DNA from: Scyliorhinus canicula
Lineage: Eukaryota
Reading direction: 5' to 3'
Assembly (NCBI RefSeq): GCF_902713615.1
Contig: NC_052172.1
Coordinates: 11,636,185 to 11,700,184, forward strand
DNA length: 64,000 nt
The notes beneath the pieces are model-generated. The model did not search any database. It saw nothing but the letters and a program-made list of their open reading frames with translations, and was not told the origin of the DNA. Positions 35,729 through 46,340 of the stretch are shown one piece after another. Within the stretch, counting starts at the first letter, position 1. Each line of letters opens with the position of its first letter. Made by a program: the position numbers and the translations under genes.

Positions 35729-38700
35729 CCCCCCCTTCTCTCTCTTTCCCCCCCCCCCCTCTCTCTCCCCCCTCCCCTTCTCTCTCTCCCCCCCTTCTCT
35801 CTCTTTCCCCCCCGCTCTCTCCCCCTCCCCTTCTCTCTCTCTCCCCCCTTCTCTCTCTCCCCTCCCCCTTCTCTCTCCCCCTCCCTCTCTCCCCTCCCCC
35901 CTCTCTCCCCCTCCCCCTTCTCTCTCTCCCCTCCCCCTTCTCTCTCTCCCCCCTTCTCTCTTCCCCCCCTCCCCTCCACCTTCTCTCTTCCCCCCTCCCC
36001 TTCTCTCTCCCCTTCTCTCCCCCTCCCCCTTCTCTCTCCCCCCTCCCTCTCCCCCCTCCCCCCCTCTCTCTCCCCTCCCCCTTCTCGTTCCCTTCCCCCT
36101 TCTCTCTCTCCCCTCCCCCTTCTCTCTCCCCTCCCCCCTCTCTCTCCCCTCCCCTCGCCGTCTCTCTCTCCCCTCCCCTCGCCGTCTCTCNNNNNNNNNN
36201 NNNNNNNNNNNNNNNNNNNNNNNNNNNNNNNNNNNNNNNNNNNNNNNNNNNNNNNNNNNNNNNNNNNNNNNNNNNNNNNNNNNNNNNNNNNNNNNNNNNN
36301 NNNNNNNNNNNNNNNNNNNNNNNNNNNNNNNNNNNNNNNNNNNNNNNNNNNNNNNNNNNNNNNNNNNNNNNNNNNNNNNNNNNNNNNTTCTCTCTCTCTC
36401 CCCCTCCCCCTTCTCTCTCCCCCTCCCCCTTCTCTCTCCCCCTCCCCCTTCTCTCTCCCCCCTCCCCCTTCTCTCTCCCCTCCCCCTTCTCTCTCCCCCT
36501 CCCATTCTCTCTCCCCCTCCCCATTCTCTCTCCCCCTCCCCCTTCTCTCTCCCCCTCCCCTTCTCTCTCCCCCTCCCCCTTCTCTCTCCCCCTCCCCCTT
36601 CTCTCTCCCCCTCCCCCCTTCTCTCTCCCCCTCCCCTTCTCTCTCCCCCTCTCTCTCTTCCCCCTCCCTCCCCTTCTCTCTCTCCCCCCCTTCTCTCTCT
36701 TCCTCCCCCCTCTCTCTCCTCCCCCTCCCCTTCTCTCTCTCCCCCCCTTCTCTCTCTCCCCCCCCCCTCTCTCTCCCCCATACTCTCCCCCCCCTCTCTC
36801 TCCCCCCCCCTCTCTCTCCCCCTCCCCTTCTCTCTCCCCCTCCCTCTTCCCTCTCTCTCCCCTCCCCCCCTCTCTCTCCCCTCCCCCTTCTCTCTCCCCT
36901 CCCCCTTCTCTCTCCCCCCTTCTCTCTTCCCCCCTCCCCTCCACCTTCTCTCTTACCCCCTCCCCTTCTCTCTCCCCCTCCCCTTCTCTCTCCCCCTCCC
37001 CCTTCTCTCTTCCCCCCCTCCCCCTTCTCTCTTCCCCTTCCCCTTCTCTCTCCCCTCCCCTTCTCTCTCCCCTCCCCTTCTCTCCCCCTTCTCTCTCTCC
37101 CCTCCCCCTTCTCTCTCCCCCTCCCCCTTCTTCTCTCCCCCCTCCCCCTTCTCTCTCCCCCCCCTCCCCCTTCTCTCTCCCCTCCCCCTTCTCTCTCCCC
37201 CTCCCCTTCTCTCTCCCCTCCCCCTTCTCTCTCCCCCTCCCCCTTCCTCTCTCCCCCTCCCCCTTCTCTCTCCCCCCTCCCCTTCTCTCTCCCCCTCCCC
37301 TTCTCTCTCCCCCTCCCCCCTTCTCTCTCTCCCCCTCCCCCTTCTCTCTCCCCCTCCCCTTCTCTCTCTCCCCCTCCCCTTCTCTCTCCCCCTCTCTCTC
37401 TTCTTCCCCCTCCCTCCCCCTTCTCTCTCTCCCCCCCTTCTCATCTCTTTTCCCCCCCCCATTCTCTCTCTCCCCCTCCCCTTCTCTCTCTCCCCTCCCC
37501 TTCCTCTCTCTCTCCCCCCCCTTCTTCTCTCTCCCCCCCTTTCTCTCTCTTTCCCCCCCTCTCTCTCCCCCCCCCCTCTCTCTCCCCCCTCTCTACCCCC
37601 CCCTTCTCTCCCCCTCCCCTTCTCTCTCTCTCCCCCTGCTCTCTCTCCCCCTCCCCTTCTCTCTCTCTCTCCCCCTCCCCTTCTCTCTCTTCCCCTTCTC
37701 TCTCTTCCCCTTCTCTCTCTCCCCCCTCCCTCTTCTCTCCCCTCCCCCCTCTTCTCTCCCCCCCCCTCTCCCCTCCCCCCTTCTCTCTCCCCTCCCCCTT
37801 CTCTCTCCCCCTCCCCCTTCTCTCCCTCCCCCTTCTCTCCTCCCCCTCCCCCTTCTCTCTCTCCCTCCCCCTTCTCTCTCCCCTCCCCCTTCTCTCTCCC
37901 CTCCCCCCTTCTCTCTCCCCTCCCCTTCTCTCTCCCCCTCCCCCTTCTCTCTNNNNNNNNNNNNNNNNNNNNNNNNNNNNNNNNNNNNNNNNNNNNNNNN
38001 NNNNNNNNNNNNNNNNNNNNNNNNNNNNNNNNNNNNNNNNNNNNNNNNNNNNNNNNNNNNNNNNNNNNNNNNNNNNNNNNNNNNNNNNCCCTTCTCTCTC
38101 CCCTCCCCCTTCTCTCCCCTCCCCTTCTCTCTCCCCTCCCCCTTCTCTCTCCCCTCCCCCTTCTCTCTCCCCTCCCCCTTCTCTCTCCCTCCCCCTTCTC
38201 TCCTCCCCTCCCCCTTCTCTCTCCCCTCCCCTTCTCTCTCCCCCCTCCCCCTTCTCTCTCTCTCTCCCTCCCCCTTCTCTCTCTCTCCCCCCTCCCCCTT
38301 CTCTCTCTCTCCCCCCCTCCCCCTTCTCTCTCTCTCCCCCCTCCCCTTCTCTCTCTCTCCCTCCCCTCCCCCTTCTTCTCTCTCTCTCCCCCCCTCCCCT
38401 TCTCTCTCTCTCCCCCTCCCCCTTCTCTCTCTCTCTCCCCCCTCCCCCTTCTCTCTCTCTCCTCCCCCCCCCCTCCCCTTCCTCTCTCTCTCCTTCCCCC
38501 TTCTCTCTCTCTTCCCCCCCTCCCCCTTCTCTCTCTCTTCCCCCCTCCCCCCCTTCTCTCTCTCTTCCCCCCCTTCCCTCTCTTCCCCCCTCCCCTTCTC
38601 TCTCTCTCTTCCCCCTCCCCCTTCTCTCTCTTCCCCCCTCCCCCTTCTCTCTCTTCCCCCCCTCCCCCTTCCCTCTCTCTCTCTTCCCCCCCATCCCCTT

Positions 38701-39115
38701 CTCCTCTCTTTCCCCCTCCCCCTTCTATCTCTCTTCCCCCCCTCCCCCTTCTCTCTCTCTTCCCCCCCCTCGCCCTTCTCTCTCTTCTTTCCTCNNNNNN
38801 NNNNNNNNNNNNNNNNNNNNNNNNNNNNNNNNNNNNNNNNNNNNNNNNNNNNNNNNNNNNNNNNNNNNNNNNNNNNNNNNNNNNNNNNNNNNNNNNNNNN
38901 NNNNNNNNNNNNNNNNNNNNNNNNNNNNNNTCTCTCCCCCCCCTCTCTTCCCCCACCCCCTCTCTCTTCCCCCCCCTCTCTCTCTTCCCCCCCCCCTCTC
39001 TCTCTTCCCCCCCCCTCTCTCTCTTCCCCCCCCCCCTCTCTCTCTTCCCCCCCCCCCTCTCTCTCTTCCCCCCCCCCCCCCCCCTCTCTCCCCCCCCCCC
39101 CCCCCCCCCCCCCCG
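35729..39115. repeat. ~3.4 kb polypyrimidine/polypurine (CT-rich) low-complexity array with three N gaps
   Basis: Directly visible; its true length is uncertain because of the assembly gaps. Confidence 0.95.
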
Positions 39116-39191
39116 GGGTTGCTGCTGCTATTGACCAAGATACCTATCTTTGAGCCAGGAAGTCCAGAAAAGGCTGCCATCGTTTATAGAA

Positions 39192-39344
39192 ACGATCGTT
39201 TATAGAAACGATGCTATAGGCTCCACCTGAAGAAGGAGCCGTGCTCCGAAAGCTCGTGTTTGAAACAAACCTGTTGGACTTTAACCTGGTGTTGTAAGAC
39301 TTCTTACTGTGCTCACCCCAGTCCAACGCCGGCATCTCCACATC
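39192..39344 (+). mobile_element. Penelope-type terminal fragment with a minimal hammerhead ribozyme, inserted in the L1 ORF2 end
   Basis: Flanked by duplicated atcgtttatagaa; contains CTGAAGA..GGAGC/GCTCC..GAAA. Confidence 0.75.
39224..39258 (+). ncRNA. Minimal type I hammerhead ribozyme motif
   Basis: Stem I cac/gtg, core CUGAAGA (39227-39233), stem II ggagc-cgt-gctcc, GAAA (39248-39251), very short stem III, UC at 39254-39255. Confidence 0.65.
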
Positions 39345-40547
39345 ATCGTTTATAGAACCCTTGAATTGATCCTCTCAGGGCAAATTTAACCCTTTCCAAC
39401 TTTATAAATCCCGCCATGTCATTGACCCAGGTCTCCACACTTGGGGGCCTCGCATCCTTCCACTGTAGCAAGATCCTCCGCCTGGCTACTAGGGACGCAA
39501 AGGCCAGGACACCGGCCTCTTTCGCCTCCTGCACTCCCGGCTCCACCGCAACTCCAAAAATCGCGAGTCCCCACCCTGGTTTGACCCTGGATTGACCCTG
39601 GATCCAACCACCCTCGACACTGTCCCCGCCACCCCCTTCCAGAATTCTTCCAGTGCCGGACATACCCAGAACACCTGGTGCACCTGTCCTCACCCCCAAA
39701 GAACCTACTCAACCTAGTCCTGGACATGTGGGCCCAGTGCAGCACCTTAAATTGGATGAGGCTAAGCCTCGCACATGAAGAGGAAGAGTTGACTCTCTCC
39801 AAGGCATCCGCCCAAGTCCCATCCTCTATCTGCTCCCCAAGTTCCCCCTTCCATTCAGCCTTCAGCTCCTCCACTGATGACTCCTCCACCTCTTGCATTA
39901 CCTTATAGATGTCAGACACCTTCCCCTCTCCAACCCACATCCCCGAAAGCACTCTGTCCATCGTCCCCCGCGAGGGCAGCAAAGGGAATCCCTCTACCTG
40001 TCGCCTAGCAAACGCCTTTACCTGCAAGTATCTGAACATGTTCCCTTGGGGAAGCCCAAATTTATCTTCCAGTTCCCCCAGGCCTGCAAACCTCCCGCCA
40101 ATAAACAGGTCCCTCAATTTACTGATGCCCGCCCTTTGCCACCCCCTAAATCACCCATCCTTGTTCCCCAGGATGAACAGATGATTGCCACCCAGTGGAG
40201 CCTCCATCGAGCCCCCTGTTTCCCCCCTATGCCGTTTCCACTGTCCCCAGATTCTTAGGGTCGCCACCACCACCGGGCTCGTGGTAAACCTCTTAGGGGA
40301 GAGCGGCAGCGGCGCCGTTACCATGGCACCCAGGCTCGTACCTCTACATGATGCCATCTCCATTCTTTTCCACGCCGCCCCTCCCCCCTCCATCACCCAT
40401 TTACGCACCATTGACACATTGGCTGCCCAATAGTACCCCAAAAGGTTGGGCAGTGCCAGCCCGCCTCTATCCCTCCCTCGCTCCAGGAAAACCCTCTTCA
40501 CTCTCGGAGTCCCATGTGCCCACACAAAGCTCAAGATACTGCTAGTC

Positions 40548-40934
40548 CAGGGGTGGGCAAACTACGGCCCGCGGGCCGCATGCGGCCCGCCAAAGGTCTT
40601 TATGCGGCCCACCAAGTCATTAAAAAAAAAAAAAAAAAAATTTTTTTTAAAAATTTTTTTTAAAAATTTTTAATTTTTTTAAAGGTTAATGGGGGGGGCT
40701 GTTGGGTTACTTACTGGTAGAGGGTGGATATGTTGACTTGAGTAGGGTGATCATTGCTCGGCACAACGTCGAGGGCCGAAGGGCCTGTTCTGTGCTGTAC
40801 TGTTCTATGTTCTATATGAGGCGCCCAGAATCATAACCGGGTGAAGTAATTATTTTACTTAATATACTATGCGGCCCTTTAAAATTGTGAATTTCTGAAT
40901 GTGGCCCTTGCACGGAAAAGTTTGCCCACCCCTG
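40548..40934. mobile_element. hAT (Charlie-like) MITE carrying a SINE tail fragment
   Basis: 16-bp TIR caggggtgggcaaact / agtttgcccacccctg; 8-bp TSD tgctagtc (40540-40547, 40935-40942). Confidence 0.92.
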
Positions 40935-42870
40935 TGCTAGTCACTCTCCTAAAGAAGGCCCTGGGGATAAAGATGGGCAGGCACTGAAAGAGGAACAAGA
41001 ACCTCGGAAGCACTGTCATTTTGATGGACTGCACCCTCCCCGCCAACGACAATGGCAGCATGTCCCACCTCTTGAACTCCTCCTCCATTTGATCTACAAG
41101 TCTGGTGAAATTATGTTTGTGAAGAGTCTCCCAGTCCCTGGCCATCTGCACCCCCAGGTACCTAAAACTCTCCCCTGCCCGCCTAAGCGGGAGCCTACCA
41201 ATTCCTTCCTCCTGGTCTCCAGGGTGCACAACAAACACCTCACTCTTGCCTAAATTTAGTTTATAACCTGAAAAGGTCCCAAACTCAGCTAGCAGCTCCA
41301 TCACCCCCGTCATCCCTCCCACCGGGTCCGCCACATACAGTAACAGGTCATCGGCATACAACGACACCCTATGTTCCTCCCCACCTCGCACTAAACCTCT
41401 CCACCTCTCTGAATCCCTCAACGCTATCGCCAGCGGCTCGATTGCCAATGCAAACAAGGGGGACGGGGGCAACCCTGCCTGGTCCTCGGTAAAGCTGGAA
41501 GTACTCCGACCTCCTCCCATTCGTGGCCACGCACGCCATCGGGGCCTCATGTAGCAGCCTCACCCATCTAATAAACCCTTCACCAAATCCAAACCTCCCC
41601 AACACCTCCCATAAGTACCCCCACTCCACTCTATCGAAGGCCTTCTCCGCATCCAGCGCCACCAGTATCTCTGCCTCCCCCTCAATCGCCGGCATCATGA
41701 TGACGTTCAACTATCTCCGCACATTCGTGTTCAGCTGCCTTCCCTTCACAAAACCTGTCTGGTCCTCGTGTGCAACCCCTGGCACACAGTCCTCTATCCT
41801 GGTGGTCAGGATTTTTGCCAGCACCTTGGCATCTACGTTGAGGAGAGATATGGGCCTGTATGAACCGCACTGCTGGGGGTCCTTGTCCCTCTTTAAGATT
41901 AACGAGATCTCTCCATTCCCCTCCTCTCCCCCGTTGGCTCCGACCGGTACAGTTCCCCGTAAAAGTCCTTGAAGACCTCATTCACCTCTACCCCCTTCCG
42001 CACCACATTCCCACTCTTGTCTCTCGCTCCAGCAATTTCCTTTGCTGCATCCCGCTTGCGGAGCTGATGAGCCAGCATCCTACTCGCCTTTTCACCATGT
42101 TCGTACACTGCCCCTTGTGCCTTCCTCCACTGTGCCTCCGCCTTTCTATTGGTCAACAAATCAAATTTAGCCTGCAGGCTACGCCTCTCCCCCAACAGTC
42201 CCTCCTCTGGTGCCTCTGCGTACCTCCTGTCTACCTCCAGCATCTTTCCCACCAGTCTATCCCGCTCACTCCTCTCGCTCCTCTCCCTGTGTGCCCGGAT
42301 GGATATCAGCTCCCCACGAATCACTGCCTTCAGGGCTTCCCAGACCACCCCCATCTGAACCTCCCCCATATCATTCACCTCGAGGTACCCCTCAATACTT
42401 GCCCAGACCCTCCAACAACACCTCCTCCTCCGCCAACAACCCCACATCCAACCGCCACAACGGACGTTGGTCCCACACCTCCCCCATCTCCAACTCCATC
42501 CAATGCAGAGCGTGGTCGGAGATTGCAATGGCCGAATACTCGGCCTCCACCACACTCGGAATCAGTCCCCTGCTCACCGCGAAGGAAACCAGAGGAAAGC
42601 CCGCGCTTTCGCACTGCCCCACCACACCCTTCTGACGCAGCGCCCAAATACCAGCCCCACTCCATACCCCCAACCCGACATAGAATACACAAACCCCCCA
42701 ACCCTCCCCGCAAGATACAAAACTCAAACAATGCCCCACAGCAAAAAACATAACAGAACAACACCCCCATAAATAACTATATCAAAATTGTAAAAGTACA
42801 GAAAAAGAGAACACAGCAACAGCAGAATCCAGAAATAAAGTATTACAACCGACCCCGCAACCCCCAACCC

Positions 42871-43698
42871 CTAGTTCAAGTCCAGTTTCTCCATCCGCAC
42901 GAAGGCCCACGCCTCCTCCGGGGAATCAAAATAATAATGCCGGTCCGAATAAGTTACCCACAGGCGCACAGGCTGCAATATTCCGAACTTAATCTTCTTG
43001 TAAAGCACCTCTTTCGTCCGATTAAACCCGGACCGCCGCTTACACACCTCCGCACTCCAATCGTGGTAGATCCGTACTACCCCATTCTCCCAGTTGCTGC
43101 TCTTCACCCTCTTGCCCCAGCGCAGCACACACTCCCAATCACTGAACCGGTGGAACCTCACCAGCACCGCACACGGGGGTTCATTCTCCTTAGGCCTCCT
43201 GGCCAGTACTCTGTGTGCTCCCTCCAGCTCCAAGGGCAGATGGAAAGACCCGGCCCCCACTAGCGAGTTCAGCATCGCAGCCACGTAGATTGTTAGGTCC
43301 GACCCCTCCAGCCCCTCCGCAAGGCCCAAGATCCGCAGATTTTTCCACCTCATGCGGTGATCAAGCTCCTCGAAGCGGTCCTGCCACTTCTTGTGGAGCG
43401 CCTCGTGTCCCTCCACCTTACTCACGAGGATCCCGGCCTCTTCCTCTCGTTCAGTGGCCTGCGTCTGCAGCTCCTTGATGGCAGCACCCTGGGTCGTCTG
43501 AATCTCCGAGAGCCTTTTGTTCGTTTCCTGCAGAGAGCTCAGTACCTCAGCCTTGAAGTCTGCAAAACAGCGCAGGAGAGCAGCTTGTTGCTCCAGGCGC
43601 CACTGCTTCCACTCCTCAGGAGCTCCGCCGGCCGCCATCTTGGATTCCTTCCCCCCGTTTTTTCTGGGGAACTGCTGCCGTTTTTTCCCCCTTTCCAC
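42871..43698 (-). CDS. L1 ORF1p (coiled coil plus RRM/CTD), open frame
   Basis: Coiled coil followed by R.KNLRILGLAEG.EG, AHR, VRFHRF and RIY.D.S; the likely start is MAAGG. Confidence 0.85.
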   Translation of the reverse strand: MERGKKRQQFPRKNGGKESKMAAGGAPEEWKQWRLEQQAALLRCFADFKAEVLSSLQETNKRLSEIQTTQGAAIKELQTQATEREEEAGILVSKVEGHEALHKKWQDRFEELDHRMRWKNLRILGLAEGLEGSDLTIYVAAMLNSLVGAGSFHLPLELEGAHRVLARRPKENEPPCAVLVRFHRFSDWECVLRWGKRVKSSNWENGVVRIYHDWSAEVCKRRSGFNRTKEVLYKKIKFGILQPVRLWVTYSDRHYYFDSPEEAWAFVRMEKLDLN

Positions 43699-45493
43699 TC
43701 CGAGTTCGAATCATGAACTGCGGGGAAAGTCGATCAGCACACCTTCTCCCACCGGGAGACGTCGAAAAATTTCCGTTTTGGGCTCTAAAAAGAGCCGAAA
43801 AGTCCGTTTGAAACGGGAGCTCCCAAGTGTGCGGCTTCCTACGTCATCGCCGCCACCGGAAGTCTGTGCATTCCAAATCCTAACCACTCATTGCATTAAA
43901 AATGTTTTACCTCAAGTTGTTAGTTGCTCAGTTAAACTGCGCCCTCTGTTTTTCACCTTTTGGGAGCAATGGGGGGGGGGGGGGGCGGGCGGGTGGGGAG
44001 GGGGGGGCGGGCGGGTGGGGAGGGGGGGGCGGGTGGGGGGGGGGGGAGGGGCGGGCGAGGGGGGGGGGCGGGGAGGGGGCGGGGGAGTGGGGGAGGAATG
44101 TGAAGTTGAGACTGTAGTCAAACCAGACATCTTATTGACTGGCGAAGCAGGCTCGAAGGGCTGAATGCTACCAACTCATTTTTCTACAACCAAAAGGTGG
44201 TAGAAGTTTGGAACATTCTTCAGTGAAGAGCAGGGCGGGCCCACCTGCACCATCCAACTGTCCAGGGTCATTGAGGACCTGTAGCAGAAGCCAAGACTAC
44301 AAGAGAGAAACCTGGCACGGGTTTGTACAACTCCTAACACCACCACCAACTGTTTCGCAGTGAGTGAGCAACTCTGATGGGATCCGAGGCCAGACCATTG
44401 AAGACTAACTGGCACTAATTGGAAATTTGGTTCCAGCGAGCCGGGGGATACAGATGTTACGCTGACAGGAGTGTCAGCCCCCAAATTTTCCCCAGGCTCT
44501 GTGACAGGTGAGCAAAACACTTACACTGAATATATATTTCTGAAAACTTACCACTAAATATTTAAGTGGAGTAAATGATCAAAAGGCTGTACTAGCAATA
44601 GGTGAAGGGGATTTTCACATGCAGCTGAATGAAAGGCAGGGAGTGAGCGAGAGCAAACCAGGGAGAGCGGTTTGCTGCCTCCTTGCAGCTGTTTTATTGG
44701 TGTAAGAGGGTCTGAACTAGATTAAAGGCACCTATGTGATGGCGACTTTAGCAGTCACATTACTTGTGTTATGACACATTGAACACTTGGCACAATCGCC
44801 TTAAAAATGCAGCACCACGTTGCTTTATCTTCCAAGTATGGAGTCTGTGCACAGGTTAAGCAAATTCAATTCCAGATGTTTAGCTTCCCTGGGGTGGAGC
44901 AAGTTGAATCGGTGGTTTGTCATCTCTACCTGAGCACAGGGACTGCTTCACCAACAGAGGACTACCTTACAAATGCAACATGAAGCAGAGTCTGCACTTT
45001 TGGGTGCAATAAGAGGTCCCATGCAGGCCACCATTTTGATGAACAGCAGGGGAGTTGTGGCTAGTGTCCTGGGGTAAATATTTATCCATCAACAATAATT
45101 GGACTAAAACAAATGATCTGGTCACCATCTCATTTATTGTTTGCAAGAGCTTGCTGCATAAACAAAATGATTTGCTTAACAAAAGATACAAAATATCACA
45201 CTTTATATGAAGCACTTTGGGATGGCCTGAGTTTTTGAAAAGTAAGGTAAAGTCGCCATAGTCCCAGATGACCATAGGCTGCTTTCCCCTTTTGAGGGGA
45301 AGAGCTGACTGGTGGTGATTTAAGCTGAGGATCACCACACCTCAGCAGAGGGTCAAGAGTGAGAAGGCAGAGCATGAATAACCTCGGCCAGTATGTGGGA
45401 ATTGAACCCACGCTGCTCGCCTTGCTCTGCATCACGAACCAGCTATCTAGCCACATGAGCTAAAAGCTCTTTCACTACTGCTCGCCAAAGGGG

Positions 45494-45834
45494 CTAACTC
45501 TTGTTTTGTTCCTGAGATAGCGGCTGGAGAAGAACCACTGCCCCACACAGTCCTGATTCCACCCCCCCATCTGGGACCACGTAGACTGTCCCATCGCACT
45601 CTCGCTTGGGGCTAAACTCCCTTAGCTGCACGTTACTCTGGTGCACTCGCTCGTACTGCCACAACTGGTACTTCAGACTCTTCCCTTGCTTGGCCAGCAG
45701 GTGGGTCTCAACAACACAGTTTTCAGGGTAGCTGGCTTCAGGCGCACTAACAAGCCGGTGGAAGAGCCTTGGAGTATCAGGATCCTCTTCGTAGAAATCT
45801 TTTGGCAGTCCACACTTCAGTCCCAGCAGCACTC
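45494..45834 (-). CDS. ACTMAP: ACTMAP coding exon 6 (last)
   Basis: GVLLG...EDPDTPRLF...LLAKQGKSLKYQLWQYERVHQSNVQLREFSPKR..DGTVYVVPDGGV.SGLCG; the joined CDS is 963 nt (320 aa). Confidence 0.95.
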
Positions 45835-46109
45835 CTACATAGCAATCAGAAGCAATATGTAAGCTGCCAGAAAGCTAGCACGCACTGAATCAACCTGTTC
45901 ATATTTTGAGTGTTTGTGCCAGAGCTATTTGTTTTTAAAAAGTGCCCTATTCTGAAGTAGACACAACCAATTACAATCAGTCTAAACCCACCGATCAACA
46001 ATTGAATGCATTAAGCTTGGGGCATGTTTAGATCATCTCTACACAGAGGGAAGGACCTGAGTATTAATGATACAGCAACTGGCCAGGTTTGCCAAGAAAT
46101 ATTGCAAAG

Positions 46110-46340
46110 GGGCCAGCACGGTGGCACAGTGGTTAGCATTGTTGCCTACGGCGCTGAGGACCCGGGTTCGAATCCCGGCCCTGGGTCACTGTCTGTGTGG
46201 AGTTTGCACATTCTCCCCGTGTCTGCGTGGGTTTCGTCCCCACAACCCAAAAGATGTGCAGGGGTAGGTGGATTGGCCACACTAAATTGCCCCTTAATTG
46301 GAAAAAATAATTGGGTACACTAAATTTATTTAAAAAAAGA
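46110..46340 (+). mobile_element. Short A-tailed V-SINE with TSD
   Basis: Flanked by duplicated aagaaatattgcaaag. Confidence 0.85.

Larger units (their letters stand above)
35525..43865 (-). mobile_element. L1-clade LINE retaining both ends, with a 13-bp TSD, internal deletions and nested insertions
   Basis: TSD gtgcattccaaat at 35512-35524 and 43866-43878. The 5' end begins GACTTCCGG and the 3' end is A-rich. ORF1 and fragmented ORF2 (LDAEKAFDRVEW, PLFALAIEPLA, SLYADD) are present. Confidence 0.9.

Noticed and set aside
35667-39180. Long G/E/R-rich ORFs
   Set aside because: They come from a polypurine low-complexity tract that spans N gaps.
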